From positions 12,435 through 36,434 of the forward strand of contig JAWAZL010000005.1 in NCBI GenBank assembly GCA_038817485.1: a stretch of DNA of 24,000 nucleotides. The letters are read 5' to 3'. The DNA is from Nitrososphaerota archaeon. Lineage in GTDB: Archaea; Thermoproteota; Nitrososphaeria_A; Caldarchaeales; JAVZCJ01. Under the pieces are notes generated by a model. The model saw only the letters and a program-made list of their open reading frames with translations. It had not been told where the DNA came from and did not search any database. Of the stretch, positions 8,023 through 15,759 are shown piece by piece. Made by a program: the position numbers and the translations under genes. How positions within the stretch are numbered: position 1 is the first letter of the stretch; each line of letters begins with the position of its first letter.

Positions 8023-8400
8023 ATGAAAAAATTATCTCCTAGAGAATTAAGGAGATTACAATCAAGAATGCTTCAAGGATTAGATTTAAGAAATTATGGT
8101 ATAGCTAATGAAGTTGTGATAAATTTTAATGATAAAAAAATAATTGTAAAATCTCCTTCAGTTACATCTCTTAAAATAGAAGGTGAACAAGTATTTCAAA
8201 TAGTTGGTGGAGAAATTTTTGAAGAAAAAACTGAACTTCCTTTAGAAGAAAAAGAAGAAATAGCTTTAGAAATAAAAGAAGATGATATAATATTAGTAGC
8301 TCAGCAAGCAAATGTTTCCATGGAAGAAGCAAAAAAAGCTTTACAAGAAACTAATGGAGATTTGGCAAAAGCAATTTTGCTTTTAAAATCAAGAAAATGA
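8023..8400 (+). CDS. nac: nascent polypeptide-associated complex protein (archaeal NAC, NAC + UBA domains)
   Basis: NAC domain (VVINFNDKKIIVKSPSVTSLKIEGEQVFQIVG) and C-terminal UBA (DDIILVAQQANVSMEEAKKALQETNGDLAKAILLL). AGGAG at 8008-8012 is 10 nt before the ATG at 8023 but only 1 nt before the track ATG at 8014, so I prefer 8023. Confidence 0.85.
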   Translation: MKKLSPRELRRLQSRMLQGLDLRNYGIANEVVINFNDKKIIVKSPSVTSLKIEGEQVFQIVGGEIFEEKTELPLEEKEEIALEIKEDDIILVAQQANVSMEEAKKALQETNGDLAKAILLLKSRK

Positions 8401-10383
8401 AAAATACGAACTATCTTTAATATATTTTAATGAATTTTCAGATTTGCAAATTGGACATTTTTCAGAAAAACTATAACGTTTACATTTTTCACATAAAAAC
8501 AAACTGTGGCCAAAGCTTATTATTTCTAAGCTTGAAAACAAATTCTTTTTCTCAAAAAATTCATACATCATCTCCATACTCTTTATTGGAATAATTGTAT
8601 AATGCCCCCCTCTTAAATAAGTGTGTATAACAGACTCTATTTCTAGCCTTTTTCTAATATCAATTTCTTCTTCAATCGGTATGAGGTAATTTGAATATTT
8701 TAAATCTTCTTTTTTATAAGCAATTTGATTAACTTTTTTAATACCAAATTGTCGAATGTCATTAAGAATGAATCTTTTCATTGCTTGCATGGAAGAAGTA
8801 GATGAGAGGAGAATTTCTATATTTTTTGAAGAATTTTTACGTGTAAAAGTATCAGCCCATCTAAAAAATTTAATAAGATAATTTAATGAATCTTTATTTT
8901 CAGCAGGATTTCCATTTGTTAATGCTTTTATTGTTTCATAAACCCCTACTAAAGATAAAGAGAAATTAATTTTTTCTTTTATGCCTTTATCTATTAATAA
9001 TTTAGCTAAACTTAAAAATCCTTTATAGCATGTTTTAAAAACTTCTTCAACTTCGCTATGAAATCTTTCTTCATTTCCTTTACTTTCATAAAATATTCTT
9101 GGAATATTTATTGTGAATGATCCATATACATGTTCCCCAGAATATATTGTAAACCCTCCACTACCATAAAGCGCTCTTCGTTCATTTCTTCTAATAAGAA
9201 AATCTATTAAATGAATATTTTCTATTCCATCTTCTATTTCTATTTCTTCAAATGGAATCATTAATCTATATTTATCTATGAGATTTACTTTATCTAAAAA
9301 TTCATTATTTATTTTTTTAATTATTTCCATTATTTCTTTGAAAAAATCCATTTTTTCATAAAGATTTTGATCTGTTAAAGAAATGAATAATTTAGGATTT
9401 TCTTTTTTTCTTTGAGATAAAAGGAAATAGAATATTTTATAAAGATTCTTTTTAAAATTATACTCTCCTGATTTTTTATTTAAATTTAATAAAAATGATG
9501 AAAAATTATTTATAGATTGCTCATAATCAATTTTTTCAGCTTCTTCATTAATATAAAATAAAAATTTTTCAATTAAAATATCATCATTTTCATTAATAAA
9601 TTTATTAATGGAATTGGAAGAATAAAATACTCTATATGGTTTTACTAGCCAAAAATCTAGATTGTCAATATTTATTTTTCCTGCTAAATGCGCATCAGCC
9701 ACGTTTCTTGGAAGAATTTCTAATAAAGTATATTCTCTTAAAACTGCTCCAGAAGTATCCTTTATTATATTATGAATTTCATTCATTGATATTGAATTTA
9801 TTAATTTTGAAATATCATATAATGGTAAACCAACTCTAGTTAATTTATGACGATATTTTTCATAACCTAAATCTATTAATACAGCATTTGCAATTTCTCT
9901 AATAAGTGGTGCTGTGAGATATTCTATTTTTAAATTTTTAATTTTTTCATCTATTACATCAGCTACTTGTTTTGCTAAAGATGCTGGTGTACCAGCTTCT
10001 TTTACTAAAGCATTTATAATTTTATTTTTATCATAAACTTCTATTACAAATTGAGACTTTCTTACGTATAAATGAGTAGTATCTACTTCTTCTATTTCTT
10101 CTAAAATTTTTAATAATGTATCTCCTAAACGAGTTATCGCATACAATTTTGTTTCATTATCAATAGTAATTATTCCATTTTTTAATAATTTTTTTAAATG
10201 ATAGGAAAATTTTCCAGCATCTTGACTTTTAGATAAACCAATAGCTTTCATTAAATCTGTATAACTTAAATTTTGATTTCTTAAAGATTTAACAATTTTT
10301 AATCTTACAGGAGAAGATAAAGCATCTAAAATATTTGTTAAAAATTGTGATTTTTCAATTTTTTCTATTTCAAAATCTTTTAT
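8389..10383 (-). CDS. wHTH (ArsR-like) + ATP-cone + anaerobic ribonucleotide reductase (NrdD)-like domain + C-terminal Zn ribbon; probably non-catalytic
   Basis: The track ORF starts at the ATG at 10251, in the middle of a wHTH. The frame is open upstream to 10386 and encodes NILDALSSPVRLKIVKSLRNQNLSYTDL-MKAIGLSKSQDAGKFSYHLKKLLKNGII. ATP-cone-like segment: LYVRKSQFVIEVYDKNKIINALVKEAG...REIANAVLIDLGYEKY. NrdD-like blocks: ADAHLAGKINIDNLD, GSFTINIPRIF, YLRGGHYTIIPI, then CEKC-x8-CPIC. No Gly follows the Zn ribbon and there are only 5 Cys in total. The proposed ATA start at 10383-10381 is preceded by GGGGAT with a 5-nt spacer. Confidence 0.7.
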   Translation of the reverse strand: MKDFEIEKIEKSQFLTNILDALSSPVRLKIVKSLRNQNLSYTDLMKAIGLSKSQDAGKFSYHLKKLLKNGIITIDNETKLYAITRLGDTLLKILEEIEEVDTTHLYVRKSQFVIEVYDKNKIINALVKEAGTPASLAKQVADVIDEKIKNLKIEYLTAPLIREIANAVLIDLGYEKYRHKLTRVGLPLYDISKLINSISMNEIHNIIKDTSGAVLREYTLLEILPRNVADAHLAGKINIDNLDFWLVKPYRVFYSSNSINKFINENDDILIEKFLFYINEEAEKIDYEQSINNFSSFLLNLNKKSGEYNFKKNLYKIFYFLLSQRKKENPKLFISLTDQNLYEKMDFFKEIMEIIKKINNEFLDKVNLIDKYRLMIPFEEIEIEDGIENIHLIDFLIRRNERRALYGSGGFTIYSGEHVYGSFTINIPRIFYESKGNEERFHSEVEEVFKTCYKGFLSLAKLLIDKGIKEKINFSLSLVGVYETIKALTNGNPAENKDSLNYLIKFFRWADTFTRKNSSKNIEILLSSTSSMQAMKRFILNDIRQFGIKKVNQIAYKKEDLKYSNYLIPIEEEIDIRKRLEIESVIHTYLRGGHYTIIPIKSMEMMYEFFEKKNLFSSLEIISFGHSLFLCEKCKRYSFSEKCPICKSENSLKYIKDSSYFSFS

Positions 10384-10499
10384 CTTTTATCCCCCCAACT
10401 CACCATTTAAAAGATAAATTCTTTTTATGATTTTATAGTATTAAGTTTTTATATTTAAAAATATATTTTTAATTTATTTAAGTATTACTCTTGTATAAC

Positions 10500-10609
10500 G
10501 GGGCCGTGGTCTAGCATGGTTATGATACCCGGCTCGGAACCGGGAGAAAAAATTAATATTTTCCCGAAACAATTGCCCAAAGTCGCGAGTTCAAATCTCG
10601 CCGGCCCCA
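10500..10609 (+). tRNA. tRNA-Pro (anticodon CGG), 110 nt, with an intron of about 35 nt in the variable-loop region
   Basis: GGGGCCG TG GTCT AGCATGGTTA TGAT A CCCGG CTCGGAA CCGGG [40 nt: AGAAAAAATTAATATTTTCCCGAAACAATTGCCCAAAGTC] GCGAG TTCAAAT CTCGC CGGCCCC A. The anticodon arm is intact with no 37/38 insertion. Of the 40 nt between anticodon stem and T stem, only about 5 can be the variable loop. Position 37 reads A, not the G usual for tRNA-Pro. Confidence 0.8.
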
Positions 10610-10611
10610 TT

Positions 10612-11406
10612 TTAAATAATCATTCTTTTAAAACTTTTTAATTTTCCTAAAAATGTCCCATCTAAAAGAAAAATTTCGCTTTCTTCTATTGCTTTATCAT
10701 TTATTCTTAATAATGGACTAACATATTTATTTTCTTTAGTAATATTAATTGGAGTTCCTGAAAGAAAATCATTAAAAGCAGGTAAAATTACAATTTTAAT
10801 TAATGGTTTTTTAATTTTCTTTTTTATCATTAACTTTTTTAAAATTTCCTCTCTTTTTAAAAAGAAATTTATCCAAACTTTTTGTTTAAAAGAGAAACCA
10901 AATGAAGTTTTTAATTGTATTGTTGGATGAATATGAGCAAGGATGATAGTATCTGCTTCAAGCAATATTTTTTTAGATGGCCATGCATGACCATGTATTA
11001 AACCAATCTTTTCATTATCCTCTATTAATATTCCATGGCTTGAATGAAAAAATAATTTTGATGGAATAAGTTTTTTTATAGTACCATCATGATTTCCAAT
11101 TATTAAATTTATTTTATCAACTTTTTCATTCATTAATTCAATTAATTCTGGAAGAATTTTCCATTCAAATTTAGATGCTTTAGGGATATTATGTTTTAAG
11201 TCTCCTAAAATAAATATTTCATTAGGAGAAGTTTTTTCTATAAGTTTTAAAAAATTTTGTGAAATTATTTTTGATTGAGGAGGAATTCTAATTCCTAATT
11301 CGTATAATTCATATTCAAATCCTATATGTAAATCTGCTACTAGAAGCATTCTTTTATTTTTTATAGATAATATTGCAGCTGGCTCATTTTCCACTATTTT
11401 TAACAT
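10612..11406 (-). CDS. calcineurin-like metallophosphoesterase (COG1407/PdeM-like ICC phosphoesterase)
   Basis: The metallophosphoesterase motifs occur in order: LVADLHIG, GDLKHN, GNHD, GHAWP, AHIHP. The track starts at TTG 11409; the adjacent ATG at 11406 is more likely. The stop lies 2 nt from the 3' end of tRNA-Pro. Confidence 0.8.
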   Translation of the reverse strand: MLKIVENEPAAILSIKNKRMLLVADLHIGFEYELYELGIRIPPQSKIISQNFLKLIEKTSPNEIFILGDLKHNIPKASKFEWKILPELIELMNEKVDKINLIIGNHDGTIKKLIPSKLFFHSSHGILIEDNEKIGLIHGHAWPSKKILLEADTIILAHIHPTIQLKTSFGFSFKQKVWINFFLKREEILKKLMIKKKIKKPLIKIVILPAFNDFLSGTPINITKENKYVSPLLRINDKAIEESEIFLLDGTFLGKLKSFKRMII

Positions 11407-11439
11407 CAATTATTTATATTAATAATTATTATTAAATAT

Positions 11440-11790
11440 TTGAGGGAAATGGAAGAAGAAATAAATGATTTAGAAGAATTGAAGAAAAAATATGGAGAAA
11501 AATATATTGAAGCGATTAAATGTGTTAAAGAAAAAAGAGTAAAGAAGTATATTTTCAAACCTAGTAATATTAATTTTTGGATAGTAGTTGGATATACTAG
11601 AGATTATCTTGTTTTACCAGAAGTTAATTTTTGTTCATGTAATGATTTTTTCTTTCACGTTTTAGATAAAAAATATGATTTTTGCTACCATATTTTAGCA
11701 GTTAAAATAGCTTTAAAAAATAATCTTTATGAAGAAATAATAGAAGAAGATACATGGTATGAAAAATTAATTAAGGAGTGGAAAGCATAA
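11440..11790 (+). CDS. small SWIM-type zinc-finger protein
   Basis: SWIM signature CxCx(n)CxH: FCSCNDFFFHVLDKKYDFCYHILAV. The track start is TTG 11440; an alternative ATG lies at 11449 (MEEEINDLEE). It is divergent from the phosphoesterase gene with only about 30 nt between the starts. Confidence 0.75.
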   Translation: MREMEEEINDLEELKKKYGEKYIEAIKCVKEKRVKKYIFKPSNINFWIVVGYTRDYLVLPEVNFCSCNDFFFHVLDKKYDFCYHILAVKIALKNNLYEEIIEEDTWYEKLIKEWKA

Positions 11791-11814
11791 TTTTTTATAT
11801 AAAGGATGAAGAAT

Positions 11815-11931
11815 ATGTCAATAAGCGATTTTTTTAATACTGCATACTTTGGTTTATATGGATTAATTGTTTTAGTTTTTATATTAATAATTATATATAT
11901 TTTCTATACTTCTAGAGGAGAAGAAGCTTAA
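11815..11931 (+). CDS. possible 38-aa single-TM micro-protein (below the ORF-track cutoff)
   Basis: ATG at 11815 preceded by AAGGATGA. Translation is MSISDFFNTAYFGLYGLIVLVFILIIIYIFYTSRGEEA, one clean TM helix with a charged C-terminal tail. It fills most of an otherwise empty 168-nt gap between the SWIM and RPA genes. Confidence 0.3.
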   Translation: MSISDFFNTAYFGLYGLIVLVFILIIIYIFYTSRGEEA

Positions 11932-11958
11932 ATAATACAGTAAATAGGATAATGTAGA

Positions 11959-13374
11959 ATGAAAAATTATGAAGAAATTATTTCTTTAATAATTAGTAAA
12001 AGAAAGGATTTAACAAGAGAAGAAATAGAAAAGAAAATAGAAGAAAAAATTAAAGAAAGTCGTTTTCTTAATAAACTTGGAGCAGCACTTATTTTAGCTG
12101 AAGAATTAAATGTTTTTTTAGATTCTAATATTGGAAATTTTGAAAAAGAAACTTTAACAACAAGAATAATAGATTTAGTTTCGGGATTGAAAAATGTTGC
12201 AATAATTGGAAGAGTGCTTTTTATAACTCCTTTAAGAAAAATTGGTCAACATTCATATATTTTTGGAAAAATTGGTGATAAAACAGGAAAAATTAATTTA
12301 ATTTTATGGAATGAAGTTGCTTTAAATGTAGAAAAATTAAATCTTAAGTCTGGAGATATTATTAAAATAGAAGGAGGATATGTAAAACAAAGGTTTGATA
12401 GATTGGAATTAAATGTAGGAAAGAATGGAAAAATAGAAAAATTAGAAGAAGACTATGAACAACCAGATATATTATTTCATGTTCTTCCACTTAAAGAAGT
12501 TATAGATAAGGAGGGGATTTTTGATATAAAATGTAAAATTAAATCTATTGATCCATTAAAAACTGTTAATATAAAAAATGAAATGGTAAATTTAAGAGAA
12601 GCAATCATATTTGATGATTCTTATGAAGCAAAATTAGTTGCATGGAGAGACAAAATAGATATATTCAATAATATAGGAATAAATGATGAAATAATTTTAT
12701 TTGAAGTTAAATTAAAAAATTCCGAGGTACATACAACTAAAAATACATTCATAATGAAAATCGATTCTAAAAATGTAATGGAGAAAATAAAAGAAGAAAA
12801 ATATGAAATAATTAATAATTTAAAATTAAGAGTTGTTGAAATATTTAATCGTGAAATGTATTTTAAAAATATTCTTGGTTATGATGGAAATAAAATTGTA
12901 AGAATTAAATGCTTTTTAACAAAAAATTTAGATATTAATAAAGATGATATTATTGTTATAAAAAGGGGAATAAAGAATATTAAGGGTAACAGAGAAGAAA
13001 TCATTATTGAGAAAGAGAAAGATTATTTAATTCTTAAAAAAGATATAGAAGATTTCCCATATTATAAAGCAAAGGAATATACTCCAGATGATATTATTAA
13101 AGAAGAAAACGATATTGTTATTTATGGCTTATTAAAATCAAAATCTCCTTTAACAATTGTTGAAACAAAATATGGATTAGTTGAAAAAATTTATTTCTGG
13201 ATTTCTGGAAAAGAAAAAATAATTAGTGGTATTGCTTGGCGTGAAAATGCTTTAAAAATAAATCAAATAAATATAGGAGAAAAAGTTAAACTTAAATGGG
13301 TTAATATAAAAAGAAGATTTAAAGATCTTGAAATAGAAGTTACTTCAGATAGTATAATTGAGATTATTAAATAA
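11959..13374 (+). CDS. replication protein A-like ssDNA-binding protein (multiple OB folds, no zinc finger seen)
   Basis: N-terminal helical module (LTREEIEKKIEEKIKESRFLNKLGAALILAEELNV) as in euryarchaeal RPA. Repeated OB-fold-like units follow (e.g. VAIIGRVLFITPLRKIG...GKIGDKTGKINLILWNEVA...GDIIKIEGGYV and later repeats). There is no Cys cluster. Confidence 0.65.
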   Translation: MKNYEEIISLIISKRKDLTREEIEKKIEEKIKESRFLNKLGAALILAEELNVFLDSNIGNFEKETLTTRIIDLVSGLKNVAIIGRVLFITPLRKIGQHSYIFGKIGDKTGKINLILWNEVALNVEKLNLKSGDIIKIEGGYVKQRFDRLELNVGKNGKIEKLEEDYEQPDILFHVLPLKEVIDKEGIFDIKCKIKSIDPLKTVNIKNEMVNLREAIIFDDSYEAKLVAWRDKIDIFNNIGINDEIILFEVKLKNSEVHTTKNTFIMKIDSKNVMEKIKEEKYEIINNLKLRVVEIFNREMYFKNILGYDGNKIVRIKCFLTKNLDINKDDIIVIKRGIKNIKGNREEIIIEKEKDYLILKKDIEDFPYYKAKEYTPDDIIKEENDIVIYGLLKSKSPLTIVETKYGLVEKIYFWISGKEKIISGIAWRENALKINQINIGEKVKLKWVNIKRRFKDLEIEVTSDSIIEIIK

Positions 13375-13376
13375 TT

Positions 13377-14723
13377 TTACTTCACTATTCTTAATTCATT
13401 CTCATATTCTTTAATAACATCTTCAAATATATTAAGACCAATTTCAAGATATTCCTCCTCTATATTAAGTGGAGGTGCTATTCTAAAAGTAGAAATACCA
13501 CAACTAATAATTGCTAATCCTTGTTTAAAACAACGCATCATAATTTCTCTAACTTCTTTTTTACCAGGATTTTTAGTTCTCTTATCTGTTACAATCTCTA
13601 CTCCTATCATTAATCCTTTTCCGCGAACATCACCAATTAATTCATATTTTTCTTCCATTTCTTTAAGCCTTTTTAAAACACTTCTTCCGAGTCTAGTAGC
13701 ACGTTCCAAAAGATTTTCATTTCTTATAATTGAGATCGTTGCAAGAGCTGCTTCACAAGAAACAGGACATCCTCCAAAAGTTGTTGCATGACTTCCAACT
13801 TCCCAATCCATTATAGATTCTTCTGCTACAGTAGCACCTAATGGCAAACCAGAAGCTAAAGATTTTGCAATACATATAATATCTGGAGATACATTATAAT
13901 GTTCTATTGCAAACCATTTTCCAGTTCTACCCATTCCAGCTTGTATTTCATCATCTATAAGCAATATATCATATTCATCAGCTAATTTCTTTAATTTCAT
14001 AAAATAATCGTCTGGAGGAAATACATATCCCCCTTCTCCTTGAATAGGTTCAAAAACTATTGCTGCAACTTCTTCTGGTGGAACATATTTTTCCAATACA
14101 TATTCTTTTATATAATCAACACACCATAAATTACATTCAGGATATGTTTGTTTAAATGCACATCTATAACAATATGAGAAAGGAACATGAATTACATTTG
14201 GCATAAGTGGAGAAAAATACCTTTTTTGAACAGGTTTGCTTGCCGTTAAACTTAAAGCTCCAATAGTTCTTCCATGAAAACTATTAATAAAAGCAATAAA
14301 ATATGATTTACGTGTATGCCATCTAGACATTTTTATAGCTGCTTCTATTGCTTCAGCTCCACTATTTCCAAAATAGACTCTCTTTTTAAAAGAGCCGGGA
14401 GTTATTTTACAAAGTTCCTCAGCAAGTGTTACAGCATTTTCAAAATAGAAATCTGTTAATGAATAATTTAGAAATTTTTCAATTTGCTTTTTAATTCTTT
14501 CAATAACATATGGGTGACTATGTCCTACATTAGAGCAAAGTATTCCAGAATTAAAATCTATATATTGATTACCATCAACATCTTCTACTATGCTTCCTTT
14601 TGCAGATTTTACAACAAGAGGATAATATCTTGTGAAAGATTGAGAAATAACTTCTTCATCTCTTTTTAAAATCTCTTTAGCAATTGGTCCTGGAGGTGGA
14701 ACTTTAATATTTGGATATTTCAT
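13377..14723 (-). CDS. class-III PLP-dependent aminotransferase (4-aminobutyrate / (acetyl)ornithine aminotransferase family)
   Basis: GNSGAEAIEAAIKM, FHGRTIGALSLT, LLIDDEIQAGMGRTGKWFA, and the PLP-lysine context DIICIAKSLASGLPLG. The exact substrate cannot be inferred. Confidence 0.9.
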   Translation of the reverse strand: MKYPNIKVPPPGPIAKEILKRDEEVISQSFTRYYPLVVKSAKGSIVEDVDGNQYIDFNSGILCSNVGHSHPYVIERIKKQIEKFLNYSLTDFYFENAVTLAEELCKITPGSFKKRVYFGNSGAEAIEAAIKMSRWHTRKSYFIAFINSFHGRTIGALSLTASKPVQKRYFSPLMPNVIHVPFSYCYRCAFKQTYPECNLWCVDYIKEYVLEKYVPPEEVAAIVFEPIQGEGGYVFPPDDYFMKLKKLADEYDILLIDDEIQAGMGRTGKWFAIEHYNVSPDIICIAKSLASGLPLGATVAEESIMDWEVGSHATTFGGCPVSCEAALATISIIRNENLLERATRLGRSVLKRLKEMEEKYELIGDVRGKGLMIGVEIVTDKRTKNPGKKEVREIMMRCFKQGLAIISCGISTFRIAPPLNIEEEYLEIGLNIFEDVIKEYENELRIVK

Positions 14724-14729
14724 ATAAAA

Positions 14730-14735
14730 ATCACC
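14730..14735 (-). promoter_or_regulatory. Shine-Dalgarno-like site GGTGAT, 6 nt upstream of the aminotransferase ATG
   Basis: Minus strand GGTGAT-ttttat-ATG. It is complementary to the conserved archaeal 16S 3' end (GAUCACC). The 16S gene is not in this window, so this rests on established knowledge. Confidence 0.55.
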
Positions 14736-14802
14736 GATTTTCTAGAAACCATATTAATAAGTAGTTTATAATTCTTTATAAAATAAAATTATAGATAGGT
14801 TA

Positions 14803-15093
14803 TTAATGCGCAACTGTGATTTCTATATAGCTAATGTATTTTCTCTCTCCATTTTCTAATATTTTCTCATCACTTCCAATAGAAATTTTCTTAATAATAG
14901 CATCTTTCATAAAGCTTTTACGAAGAGATTCAACAACATCTATACACTTAGGAATAGCTTTTCCTCTTGCTCTAAAAATAACTTCCTTTTTTCCTTCATT
15001 GAATAAAGTTATACATGCTGTAATATAACGATCTATTGGTTTACGACCTATAGCTACAATATTATTTTTTATTTCTTCATTAGACATTTCCAT
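14803..15093 (-). CDS. albA: DNA/RNA-binding chromatin protein Alba
   Basis: NIVAIGRKPIDRYITACITLFNEGKKEVIFRARGKAIPKCIDVVESLRKSF and the C-terminal ISYIEITV match the Alba fold signature. The length (96 aa) is typical. Confidence 0.9.
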   Translation of the reverse strand: MEMSNEEIKNNIVAIGRKPIDRYITACITLFNEGKKEVIFRARGKAIPKCIDVVESLRKSFMKDAIIKKISIGSDEKILENGERKYISYIEITVAH

Positions 15094-15172
15094 TAATTTA
15101 GAATTATTATTTTTCCCTTAAAAATATTTCTATTTATAATTATTTATTTGTATGAAAAAATATTATTAATAG

Positions 15173-15625
15173 ATGAATGAAGGAGAGAAAAATAGAATAA
15201 TTGATGATTTAGAATTAAAAATAATTAAGCTTTTAGAAAATAAACCTATGAGTGCAGCAGAATTAAGTTTAGCTTTAAATGTTTCAAAACCCTCAATTTA
15301 TGTAAGAATCAATAGATTGCTTTCAAAAGGGGTTATTGTAAAAAAGAGAATTGAGAATAAAGTTGTTTTTTGTTTATCAAAAGTTCCTGAAGAAAAACAT
15401 GAAGAAATAGAAAGTATCAAAATTAAACATAAGATTGAAATAAAAAATATTTTAGAAAAAACAATAATATATTCTCTTATATTTATAGGAATGGTGATAT
15501 TTCTTTATACAATTTATAGCGCTATAGAAAAAAGCATGCCTTTAAGAATAGTAGGTGGGCTTATCATCGCATTTCCATTATGGATGATTGCTTTATGGTT
15601 AAAAGGTAAATTTAAAGAAAGTTAA
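15173..15625 (+). CDS. membrane-tethered winged-helix transcriptional regulator (N-terminal wHTH, two C-terminal TM helices)
   Basis: wHTH LELKIIKLLENKPMSAAELSLALNVSKPSIYVRINRLLSKGVIVKKRIENKVVF, a charged linker, then TM helices TIIYSLIFIGMVIFLYTIYSAI and IVGGLIIAFPLWMIALWL. Confidence 0.7.
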   Translation: MNEGEKNRIIDDLELKIIKLLENKPMSAAELSLALNVSKPSIYVRINRLLSKGVIVKKRIENKVVFCLSKVPEEKHEEIESIKIKHKIEIKNILEKTIIYSLIFIGMVIFLYTIYSAIEKSMPLRIVGGLIIAFPLWMIALWLKGKFKES

Positions 15626-15759
15626 GAAGAATTAAGGAAAATTAAAATTAATTAATCAAAAATATTCATTCTTTAACAATTTTTAAGAAATGTTAAGCTA
15701 ATTTTTTAAAGAATGCTTTACGATAGGAATAAATCTTAGAAAATATTAATGAAAAATTA

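Noticed and set aside
9636-9839. Track ORF 9636-9839 (+).
   Set aside because: It is antisense to the NrdD-like gene, with no supporting features.
10544-10583. The 40-nt segment of tRNA-Pro (and the 23-nt one in tRNA-Val, 3519-3541) could be a class-II long variable arm.
   Set aside because: The anticodons CGG and GAC are not Leu/Ser/Tyr types. The segments are AT-rich, too long in the Pro case, and do not form the compact stem-loop typical of variable arms. Introns are the better explanation.
14484-15028. Track ORFs 14484-14669 (+) and 14834-15028 (+).
   Set aside because: They are antisense to the aminotransferase and Alba genes respectively. They are shadow ORFs.
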